Source: Candidatus Altiarchaeota archaeon (GTDB taxonomy: Archaea; Altiarchaeota; Altiarchaeia; IMC4; SCGC-AAA252-I15). Taken from it: a DNA stretch of 64,000 bases. Below the pieces are notes generated by a model that was not told where the DNA came from, searched no databases, and saw only the letters and a program-made list of their open reading frames with translations. The position numbers were made by a program, and so were the translations under genes. The stretch lies in the NCBI GenBank assembly GCA_043804895.1, contig JAZDIN010000025.1:64001-128000 (forward strand), written 5' to 3'. Positions 20,496 through 28,636 of this stretch are shown one piece after another. Numbering within the stretch: position 1 is the first letter of the stretch; each line of letters starts with the position of its first letter.

Positions 20496-20860
20496 TTACC
20501 CCCCTCCGTGCTGCCGTAACCTATCAGGATGACTCCAACGACTATCGAGAATATCCCCGCCCATTTCAGGGGGTTCATGCTGTCTGTTGCGAAGAACATC
20601 GGTGACATGATTGCTACCCAGATGAAGTTCATAGCATATATCGGGTAAAGCACAGACAGCTCACCGTACTTTAATGAGACTACAAGTATCGCGGCGCTGA
20701 GGCCGTAGAGACAGTAACCGATTATTAGTGGTATGTTCGTTGCTACTGACATTATGTCAAGTACTGTGCTGTTTACTCCGGTCTTGATGAGTATCTGACC
20801 TGACGCTGCGAACAATGTGGATAGGAACACCAGCCCCATAGCCCATCGTCTAGTCTTCAT
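20492..20860 (-). CDS. Small 4-TM DMT/EamA-type protein (ArnE/ArnF-like), paralog of the downstream gene
   Basis: 122 aa, AASGQILIK, GELSVLYPI, KWAGI. Confidence 0.75.
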   Translation of the reverse strand: MKTRRWAMGLVFLSTLFAASGQILIKTGVNSTVLDIMSVATNIPLIIGYCLYGLSAAILVVSLKYGELSVLYPIYAMNFIWVAIMSPMFFATDSMNPLKWAGIFSIVVGVILIGYGSTEGGK

Positions 20861-21537
20861 CCCAAACCCAGCCTATATCTGTACAACCTATACAGGTGTC
20901 TGAGGTAGTTTATGTACTCCCCTAAGTTCAGTTTGCTTTCGCCAACCCTGCGGTCGCGGAAAATGTAAGGCACCTCAACGACTCTCCCATACTTCCCCTT
21001 TACCAATATCTCAAGCCCAATCTTGAAGCCGACTGCATCCAACTTTACACCCTCAATAACCTCCCTTCTGAGGAAGAAATATCCTGACATGCAGTCTCTC
21101 ACACCAGTTAGAGGTCTTGCAAGCATTTTCGCCCCCCTTGAGGTGAGTCGCCTCATAATAGGCCAGTTCTCGACTCCTCCTCCTTCAATGTATCGGCTTG
21201 CGAACACCATCCCCGCATCCCCATTCAGGATTGGCTGTATAAGTTTCGGAATAAGTCTCGGGGGGTGGCTGAAGTCAGCGTCCATGACACCGATTATCTC
21301 ACCTGATGATGCATTGAGCCCGTCAAGTATAGCCGAAGACAATCCCAGCTTACCTTTCCTGTGGATGACCTTAATCCCGTATGTGACAGCTAGCTGGTCC
21401 GCCAACTCCCCCGTCCCATCCGGGCTTCCATCATCTACCACGACGACTTCGACATCTGCATTCGAGAGTATGTCCTCTACAAGCCCCTTAAGGTTCTTCA
21501 CTTCATTGTATGTTGGCACGACGACTGAAGCACGCAT
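20857..21537 (-). CDS. Polyprenol monophosphomannose synthase (DPM1-like GT2)
   Basis: [36 protein letters not shown]. Confidence 0.9.
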   Translation of the reverse strand: MRASVVVPTYNEVKNLKGLVEDILSNADVEVVVVDDGSPDGTGELADQLAVTYGIKVIHRKGKLGLSSAILDGLNASSGEIIGVMDADFSHPPRLIPKLIQPILNGDAGMVFASRYIEGGGVENWPIMRRLTSRGAKMLARPLTGVRDCMSGYFFLRREVIEGVKLDAVGFKIGLEILVKGKYGRVVEVPYIFRDRRVGESKLNLGEYINYLRHLYRLYRYRLGLG

Positions 21538-21593
21538 TTTTATGGTTAATGCATATAATTAGTGGAATATATTCGGTTTTGAGGTGGTTTCAG

Positions 21594-22250
21594 GTGAAAT
21601 TCTTCATAGACACAGCCAATGTGGATGAGATAAGGACTGCCAAGTCCTGGGGCATACTAGACGGGGTCACAACCAATCCGACGCTACTTGCTAAGGAGGA
21701 ATGCGACTTCAAGACAGCAGCAAAGGAGATACTATCCCTCGTCGAAGGCCCAGTAAGCCTTGAGGCGGTAAGCGCAGACGCTGAGGGGATGGTGAAGGAG
21801 GCCAGGGAACTCTCCAAGCTCGGCAAAAACGTCGTGGTTAAGATACCCATGACCCCCGAGGGGATTAAGGCAGTGCAGAAACTAAGTTCAGAGGGAGTGA
21901 AGACGAATGTCACGCTCCTCTTCAGCGCCAACCAAGCCCTCATAGCTGCGAAAGCAGGGGCAACCTACGTAAGCCCGTTCATAGGCCGCCTTGACGACCA
22001 AGGATGGGATGGTGTTCAACTCATAGCCGACATTCTTGAAATATACTCAAACTTTGGGTTCAAGACCGAGGTCATAGCTGCGAGCATCAGGGACCCGGTT
22101 CATGTGGCAGACTGCGCGAGGCTCGGCTGCCATGTCGCGACAGTGCCCTTCGGAGTCCTAAAGAAGATGTTCACACACTCTCTCACTGACGTCGGAGTAC
22201 AGAAGTTCCTTGAGGACTGGAAGAAGGTCGAAGGCAGGTGCAAAAAATAG
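21594..22250 (+). CDS. tal: Transaldolase (TalC/FSA-size family)
   Basis: FFIDTAN, GVTTNP, VVKIP. SLEAV (Glu) and SPFIGR (Phe) fit transaldolase rather than FSA. GTG start 21594. Confidence 0.9.
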   Translation: MKFFIDTANVDEIRTAKSWGILDGVTTNPTLLAKEECDFKTAAKEILSLVEGPVSLEAVSADAEGMVKEARELSKLGKNVVVKIPMTPEGIKAVQKLSSEGVKTNVTLLFSANQALIAAKAGATYVSPFIGRLDDQGWDGVQLIADILEIYSNFGFKTEVIAASIRDPVHVADCARLGCHVATVPFGVLKKMFTHSLTDVGVQKFLEDWKKVEGRCKK

Positions 22251-22251
22251 G

Positions 22252-22809
22252 ATGGACAGAATATCAAAGGAGATTGAGGAAAGCGTTGTAGTGAAGAGAA
22301 CGCTCAAAGTAAAGGACATCGAGGAAGCAACCAAGCTGATAGTGGACGCACTCAAATCAAAGCGCAAGATTCTCCTTTGCGGAAACGGTGGAAGCGCCGC
22401 TGACTGCCAGCACATCGCAGGCGAATTCGTAGGCAGGTTCAAGAAGGAGCGGCAGGCCCTGCCTGCAATAGCGCTCTCGACTGACACGTCAATCCTCACC
22501 GCCCTCACCAACGACTACGGCGGAGACATAATATTCTCACGGCAGGTCGAGGCCCTCGGGAATGAGGGGGATGTGTTGGTTGCGATATCAACCAGTGGAA
22601 CCTCCTCCAACATACTCAAAGCAGTCGAGGCAGGAAGGAAGAAGGGGATGAAGGTCGTCGGATTCACAGGAGCCAAAGGCCAGAAACTGAAAAGCCTCTC
22701 AGACGCCTGTATCATGGTCGGCTCAGACGACACCCCACGGATACAGGAAGCCCACATCACCGCAGCACACATAATATGCGGACTGGTCGAGGAAAAAGTT
22801 GGTAACTAA
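22252..22809 (+). CDS. gmhA: D-sedoheptulose-7-phosphate isomerase (phosphoheptose isomerase)
   Basis: CGNGGSAADCQH, ISTSG.S, PRIQEAH. Confidence 0.93.
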   Translation: MDRISKEIEESVVVKRTLKVKDIEEATKLIVDALKSKRKILLCGNGGSAADCQHIAGEFVGRFKKERQALPAIALSTDTSILTALTNDYGGDIIFSRQVEALGNEGDVLVAISTSGTSSNILKAVEAGRKKGMKVVGFTGAKGQKLKSLSDACIMVGSDDTPRIQEAHITAAHIICGLVEEKVGN

Positions 22810-22894
22810 AAAGTAGAGAATTATGCGTCTTTCTCGAGAAACTTAAAAAATTAAGGCAGGGCCATATTTCTTTATAAAGTCCCATATTCTACCA

Positions 22895-24286
22895 ATGGCT
22901 TCAGATTACAGGCAGCAGATGCCGACACCGCTTTCTGAGATTAGGACGACCAAGGACGTAAGGATACCAAAAGACATACTGAATCAGGTCATCGGCCAGC
23001 CTAAGGCTGTGAAGAAGGTGAGACTTGCGATAATGCAAAGACGCCACCTTCTCCTCGTCGGTCCGCCGGGGGTGGGGAAGAGTATGCTCGCCCAAGGTCT
23101 TGCAGTGCACCTTCCCAAGTCGACTGAGCAAATCAATGTAGTGCATAATCCTCAGAACATGAACAAACCCTACGTCGAGGTCGTGAAAAACAAGAGCGAC
23201 GAGAAGATAGTCGACCCCACCGAGATACCGGCGTACGTCGCAGAACAGCTCGGATTCAAGTGCCCGGTGTGCGGCGCGTTCGGGAAGTACAACGTGAACA
23301 TATGCGGCAAATGCGGGGAGGACAAGTTCAAGCGAATAACAAGGAAGGACGAGATAAGGGCCTCCTGCTACGGGGCAGACGGCATCGAGCACTCGATACT
23401 CTACGAGAGGAAGGGTTTAATGGTCGCCATAACCGGGCAGGACCCCGATGCTGCTGTCAAAGACAAAGACAAGGTCAAAAGGCACACGATAGTACCCCTG
23501 GTCAGGAAGAATTTCGTGCACGCGACGGGCGCGAGCGAAGTAGAGCTTTTGGGCGACGTCAGGCACGACCCATACGGCATGCACCCTGAGATAGGGACTC
23601 CGGCGTACATTCGAGTCGTACCAGGGGCAATACACGAGGCCCATGAGGGTGTGCTGTTCATAGACGAACTCCCGCACCTCGGGGAGATACAGAACTACAT
23701 ATTGACTGCTATGCAGGAGCGGAAGTTCCCGATAACAGGACGGAATCCGCAATCCGGGGGGGCGTCGATCAAAGTCGATGACGTGCCTTGCGACTTCGTC
23801 TTCGTCGCGGCGTGCAACATAAAGGACGTACAGAACATACTGCCGCCTCTGCGCTCAAGGATACTCGGCAACGGCTATGAGATACTGCTTGAGACCTCCA
23901 TGGACGACAACGAAGTCAATCAATCCTACCTGGCGCAGTTCATGGCGCAGGAGATTGTGAAAGACGGGAAGATACCGCATGCGACAAGGGAGTCCGTGGA
24001 GGCTGTGATAGAGGAGGCTAGGAAGAGGGCGAGGATAATAGACGACAAACGCAACTCCCTGACCTTGCGCCTCAGGGACCTGGGCGGCGTGATACGGCTT
24101 GCCGGAGACCTCGCGCATGATGAGGGTTCGAAGCTGATCGAGCTCAAACACATAGTCTCGGCAATCGAAGAGTCGAAGCCCATAGAATACCAGCTGCAGG
24201 AGAGGTACGGCAGCGTCTGGAAGGGCATAGAGAAAGACCAGGTAATAAATCCAGAGTACGGCAAGATAGGGTCAAGCTACCAATAG
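22895..24286 (+). CDS. LonB-type AAA+ ATPase lacking protease domain and TM insert
   Basis: QVIGQ, GPPGVGKS, LLGDVRHDP, GAIHEAHEGVLFIDE, LRSRI.G.GYE, LRLRDLGG. Ends after the AAA lid. Confidence 0.85.
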   Translation: MASDYRQQMPTPLSEIRTTKDVRIPKDILNQVIGQPKAVKKVRLAIMQRRHLLLVGPPGVGKSMLAQGLAVHLPKSTEQINVVHNPQNMNKPYVEVVKNKSDEKIVDPTEIPAYVAEQLGFKCPVCGAFGKYNVNICGKCGEDKFKRITRKDEIRASCYGADGIEHSILYERKGLMVAITGQDPDAAVKDKDKVKRHTIVPLVRKNFVHATGASEVELLGDVRHDPYGMHPEIGTPAYIRVVPGAIHEAHEGVLFIDELPHLGEIQNYILTAMQERKFPITGRNPQSGGASIKVDDVPCDFVFVAACNIKDVQNILPPLRSRILGNGYEILLETSMDDNEVNQSYLAQFMAQEIVKDGKIPHATRESVEAVIEEARKRARIIDDKRNSLTLRLRDLGGVIRLAGDLAHDEGSKLIELKHIVSAIEESKPIEYQLQERYGSVWKGIEKDQVINPEYGKIGSSYQ

Positions 24287-24288
24287 AG

Positions 24289-24780
24289 ATGATACATTAC
24301 ACAGACGTCGAAAAGACCTACAGGCAGGAGAGGACAAGTCCGTTACTCCAGAGGATACCGCGCGACTTCTACGCCGAGGCGAGGAAACTCGCCCAAAGCC
24401 CAGAGGTCGGCGCCTACAGGGAAACAGTGCTTGAGCACCTGAAGAAGACATACTACCTTCGCGCGAACAAGATAATACACTACGCAGGCCGTGCCGCGGA
24501 TGACACCAAACCCCCAGAGAACATACTACTAGAGGAACTACCCCTATATGAAAGGATATTGCAGGCTGTTAACGATAACAAAGCACTCATAGTCGACAAG
24601 CCCCCAGAGCCTGAAATAGAGAAGAAACCGACAATCCGCGTCAGGATGAAACACGCGCTCCCAGCCATAATCGGCTCAGACTCTAAGGAATACGGGCCCT
24701 TCAAGGAGGATGACGTCGTCGAACTACCGAAGGACAGCGCAAACCTACTCATAGAACGGGAAGTCGCTGAAAGCGCGTGA
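24289..24780 (+). CDS. DNA replication complex GINS15 (Gins51) subunit
   Basis: ERTSPLLQ.IP.DFY, R.NKI, ENIL.EE, C-terminal IIGSD..EYGPF..DVV.LP; conserved position before rpl44e. Confidence 0.85.
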   Translation: MIHYTDVEKTYRQERTSPLLQRIPRDFYAEARKLAQSPEVGAYRETVLEHLKKTYYLRANKIIHYAGRAADDTKPPENILLEELPLYERILQAVNDNKALIVDKPPEPEIEKKPTIRVRMKHALPAIIGSDSKEYGPFKEDDVVELPKDSANLLIEREVAESA

Positions 24781-24820
24781 AAGCGCTTTTATAGGATGTC
24801 TGCATATTATATTGCTACCG

Positions 24821-25105
24821 ATGAAAATCCCGGACAAAATCAGGACCAACTGTCCCTCATGCAACAAGCACACCGTCCACGCCGTGAAGGTGAACCGAAA
24901 GGGCAAGGAGAGGAGCATGAACATGGGAAGGCGCAAATACAAGGCAGTGAAGGCCGGGTACGGTGGAAGTCCGAGAACCCCGAAGAAACCCTGCTTCAAG
25001 ATAGGTAAAAGGACTGTACTAATACTCGAATGCTCAGTGTGCAAGAAAAAGCACCAGAGGGCGTATGCCGCAAGAACCAAGAGGGCGGTGGAGGTCGGAG
25101 GATGA
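24821..25105 (+). CDS. rpl44e: 50S ribosomal protein L44e
   Basis: MKIP....CPSCNKHT.H, GYGG, LECSVC. Confidence 0.95.
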   Translation: MKIPDKIRTNCPSCNKHTVHAVKVNRKGKERSMNMGRRKYKAVKAGYGGSPRTPKKPCFKIGKRTVLILECSVCKKKHQRAYAARTKRAVEVGG

Positions 25106-25293
25106 TGGAAAATAAGACTAAAAGCAGGTTCCTTAAGGTGAAATGTAACGACTGCGGAAACGAACAGGTCATATTCGGCGCGGCAGCCTCAAGCATAAAA
25201 TGCCTTGTCTGCGAGAAGCCGATGGCCGAAAGCACTGGCGGGAAGACAAAAGTCAAGACGCAGATACTCTCCGTGGTTGACAAGGACCTTTAA
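25102..25293 (+). CDS. rps27e: 30S ribosomal protein S27e
   Basis: SRFLKVKC.DCGNEQVIF..C..C....TGGK. Confidence 0.95.
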   Translation: MMENKTKSRFLKVKCNDCGNEQVIFGAAASSIKCLVCEKPMAESTGGKTKVKTQILSVVDKDL

Positions 25294-25298
25294 CTCTA

Positions 25299-25718
25299 AT
25301 GGCCTACGAATTCCTGGAGCACACGGCTGACCTGAAGATTAGGGCGACAGGCAAGACCCTTCCTGAAGCGTTAAGCGAGTCCGCCAAAGCCCTCTTCGAG
25401 GCGATAGCATCCAACAGCAAAATAGCCCCCACCCTCGAGAGGGAACTCACCATAAAAGTCAACAAACCAGAGATACTCGTCCACGACTTCCTCAGCCAGC
25501 TAATCTACCTGTTCTCGACAGAACACCTGCTCTTCAGCGAATTCAACCTAGACCTCAAGGAATCCATAGGATACAAGCTCACAGCCAAACTGAAAGGCGA
25601 AAAATACGACCCCAAAAAACACAAACTCGTGAAGGAAGTGAAGGCCGCAACATACCATGAGATGAAAGTTGAGGAAGGTAAAAATGGCTGGACGATAGAA
25701 GTCATATGCGATACCTAA
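25299..25718 (+). CDS. Archease
   Basis: YEFLEHTAD, EVKAATYH. Confidence 0.93.
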   Translation: MAYEFLEHTADLKIRATGKTLPEALSESAKALFEAIASNSKIAPTLERELTIKVNKPEILVHDFLSQLIYLFSTEHLLFSEFNLDLKESIGYKLTAKLKGEKYDPKKHKLVKEVKAATYHEMKVEEGKNGWTIEVICDT

Positions 25719-25754
25719 TTCTATTTTTTAACGTCTGCGACCACTATCATTGTG

Positions 25755-26738
25755 ATGAACAGGCTCATCCTGACGCTGTTGGTGGTTGTTTTGTCCTTGA
25801 GTGCCTGCATATCTCAAAGTCCCACGTGCGTTGCACCATACATTTCTGTCGCCGGCTCATGCTGTCTTGACGAGAACGCTGACGGCATATGCGACCGGGA
25901 TAAGCCAGTATGCCGCAGGCCGTACTCTCTTGTTGGTTTGTCATGCTGTCTTGATGAGAACGCTGACGGCATCTGCGACTCAGACAGGCCTGTGACGACC
26001 ACATCCATAATGACGACTTCGACTGTGGCTGCAACGACGTCGACTACCAGGCCCACCTTCAGGACTACTTCGACTACCACCCTGCTTGATGTAGAGTGTA
26101 TGAGTTTCGAGGACTGCTCCTCATCTGATGGCGTACAATGCGACGACGACGGCCGCGTGGTTCTAATTCACTATACTCCAACGTCCTGTTCTGGCGGAAA
26201 ATGCATCTACAGGAGCAGCCGGGACATAGCCGCCATCCACTGCTACGACTGGGAGCAGTGCGTCAGCGGGGTCGGTTGTGTCAGGAAGACTGACGTGACC
26301 TCCACGTCGACGACCTTGGCGCCGGATATACTGGTGCAATCACAGTTCCAGAAAATCCTCGACAGGGTCATTGAACGGAAGTCTGAGATTGCAGCTTCGA
26401 TGGCCTCAACGACAACAACACTACAGCCGTGCGTCGACCCCGACGGCGGGAAGAAATACGACATAAGGAGCGTGAACGTCTCAGGCTACTTCGACTACAA
26501 CAAAACCCAAGTCCTAAGCGGAAGCGAATACTGTTGGGACAACCTCAAACTAGTGGAATTCTATTGCGAAAAAACAGCTGGCGTGGAAAGCCTGGAGTCA
26601 GTGGTATACGACTGCACAAGCCGTTGCATAGACGGCCGATGCTGCAGCAGCGAAGGCCGGACGTGTGAGAGCTGGAGGGACTGCTGCAGTGGCTTATGCC
26701 AGGCCGTGGGTATGGCAAATTACTGCATAGCGACTTGA
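25755..26738 (+). CDS. Cys-rich, Thr-rich secreted lipoprotein
   Basis: Signal peptide with LSAC lipobox, duplicated CCLDENADGICD, poly-Thr linkers. Confidence 0.7.
   Translation: MNRLILTLLVVVLSLSACISQSPTCVAPYISVAGSCCLDENADGICDRDKPVCRRPYSLVGLSCCLDENADGICDSDRPVTTTSIMTTSTVAATTSTTRPTFRTTSTTTLLDVECMSFEDCSSSDGVQCDDDGRVVLIHYTPTSCSGGKCIYRSSRDIAAIHCYDWEQCVSGVGCVRKTDVTSTSTTLAPDILVQSQFQKILDRVIERKSEIAASMASTTTTLQPCVDPDGGKKYDIRSVNVSGYFDYNKTQVLSGSEYCWDNLKLVEFYCEKTAGVESLESVVYDCTSRCIDGRCCSSEGRTCESWRDCCSGLCQAVGMANYCIAT
25857..25979 (+). repeat. Intragenic direct repeat, 39-bp core at 84-bp period
   Basis: tcatgctgtcttgaYgagaacgctgacggcatMtgcgac at 25857-25895 and 25941-25979. Confidence 0.9.
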
Positions 26739-26778
26739 TAGGTACATTTAACCGAATACTGTTCAATATTATTCTGCT

Positions 26779-28263
26779 ATGGGCGGATTCGTAAAGACTA
26801 ACGGCGGGATCTGGGTGCCACCTAACACTCTAGGACTTGATTCTGCAATCGGAACTGAGGAGGTGAAGGAGGCTGGAGAAGGCAAGGGAATAAAGAATTT
26901 AAGACAACTCCAGATGACAGTGTTTAGGGAATTAAAGCGTCTGAAGGATGATAAGCCGGATGCGGTGGCAGCGGCTTTGCGCGGCATACTGTTTAAGGAT
27001 TCATTTACGCTTAGATGGGAATTGGTAGGCAAGGCTCCACTGGCAGTGGCAAGGAGCCTGGAACTGCCAGAAGGCACACAATTAGATGTTTACCAAGAAC
27101 AGCAGAGGCATAACCTCCAAGACATGCTGGTTTGTAAGGTCCCAGACGCTGTGGCCCCCACACTGGAACGTGATGACTCAGACGCTGCATGGGAACTCAG
27201 GGATAAGATGATGAAGGGGCGAATATATTCGAATGTGCTTAGGAGCCTAATCGGAGTCGGTTCAAAGCGTGCGGAGAAACTCTTGGATGCGTTGAAAGAT
27301 AAGGAACCAGAGGCTGTGATTGCGACCCGTAAGGGCGTGTTCACAGACCATGCGAAGAAACTCAGAATCGAGATGAAGGAAAGCTTCCCCGGGCCGGTGG
27401 CATTAAGCCTTGAAGGAGACGATTCAGAATTTTCGCGGAGCCTCTTGGATGAGTTGAAGGGTAAAGTGCCGTGGCAGACTGTTTACAGCCGCAGGCGAGT
27501 GTCCAGCGAACATGCGGACAATCTTAGGAAGGCGGGTATATTCGACAACTCCCATGCCGTGGCGGAGAGCTTGGATGGAGTACACACAGACCAAGCCTAT
27601 GATCTCATGGAGATGCTGTTAATCAAGGAACCCATGCTCATTGCCATCCGGTTGCGCAGGGATAACTCAGAGCGGGCGCAGGAAATCAGAAATAAGATAG
27701 AGAAGCGCGCTTATTCGGATCTTATTCTGGCTGTGAGCCTTGGGGGGGTAACCACGGAAGAGGCGCAGGACATGAGGGAGAGGATTTTAAGACGTGAATC
27801 AAAAGCCAACTCCCAGGCGTATCTGGATTTAGCCGAAAAAGAGAATAAACGGATTGAGCCTCTGCTCAACATTGAAGAAGGCAAAGGCGACATAGACAAT
27901 GAAAAAGGCGATAAGCGGCTTTTCGTTCATGGTGGTTCAACACTTAATAAGAGTTTGTTGAAAGAATTATACTCCGACAATTCATTATTTCGCAACGGTG
28001 TTGGGTTAGATTTGGACAGGTTGGATAGGGGGTGGAACGACTTGAATAAGAAGGAAATCCTGCTACAGTCTGTTGTCGTCCGTGGTTTGGAGGGAGTATT
28101 CACAGAAAGGGCGCAGAAAATCAGAAGAATGCTCCTGGCTATTATGCCTGGAGAGGTGGCTGAGAGTCTAAGCGGCTCACCACCTCAATATAAGCTGGAA
28201 CTTGCGGAACTGCTGTTGTACTTCAAAGATGACCCATACGTTCTCGCCTCCCTGTTGAAGTAA
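26779..28263 (+). CDS. Hypothetical alpha-solenoid protein with ~27-aa repeats
   Basis: Recurring (A/P)VA.SL.G....A..L units. Confidence 0.65.
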   Translation: MGGFVKTNGGIWVPPNTLGLDSAIGTEEVKEAGEGKGIKNLRQLQMTVFRELKRLKDDKPDAVAAALRGILFKDSFTLRWELVGKAPLAVARSLELPEGTQLDVYQEQQRHNLQDMLVCKVPDAVAPTLERDDSDAAWELRDKMMKGRIYSNVLRSLIGVGSKRAEKLLDALKDKEPEAVIATRKGVFTDHAKKLRIEMKESFPGPVALSLEGDDSEFSRSLLDELKGKVPWQTVYSRRRVSSEHADNLRKAGIFDNSHAVAESLDGVHTDQAYDLMEMLLIKEPMLIAIRLRRDNSERAQEIRNKIEKRAYSDLILAVSLGGVTTEEAQDMRERILRRESKANSQAYLDLAEKENKRIEPLLNIEEGKGDIDNEKGDKRLFVHGGSTLNKSLLKELYSDNSLFRNGVGLDLDRLDRGWNDLNKKEILLQSVVVRGLEGVFTERAQKIRRMLLAIMPGEVAESLSGSPPQYKLELAELLLYFKDDPYVLASLLK

Positions 28264-28427
28264 TAAATCTAACTTTTCCCCTGCTCTAGGCCAGCTTCTT
28301 TAATCCTGTACAGCCATCAGATAATCGATTACACAACCACTTGGAATCTGGCGGGCGGCTCACTTGTGAGTTCCTCACCCGCCCGCCGGACGCCCAAGTA
28401 TATAACCTCCACCTTCCTATCCTCTCC

Positions 28428-28634
28428 ATGGCAAATGAAAACGAGCCTAAGAGGCTGTTCAGAAGCCGCGAAAACAGGATACTCGGTGGAGTACTCGGCG
28501 GAGTAGGCGAATACCTGAACACAGACCCGGTGGCTGTCAGAGTAGCCTATGTCATAGCGGCGCTACTAACCGGCGTAGGCCCCCTACTTGTCGGCTATGT
28601 CATACTGTGGTTCATAATACCTGAGCGGAAATAA
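28428..28634 (+). CDS. pspC: PspC domain protein
   Basis: KRLFRSRENRILGGVLGGVGEYLNTDP..VR...YVILWFIIPE. Confidence 0.9.
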   Translation: MANENEPKRLFRSRENRILGGVLGGVGEYLNTDPVAVRVAYVIAALLTGVGPLLVGYVILWFIIPERK

Positions 28635-28636
28635 TA

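Noticed and set aside
25857-25979. Possible CRISPR-like repeat-spacer
   Set aside because: Only two copies, in frame inside a coding sequence, and no cas genes.
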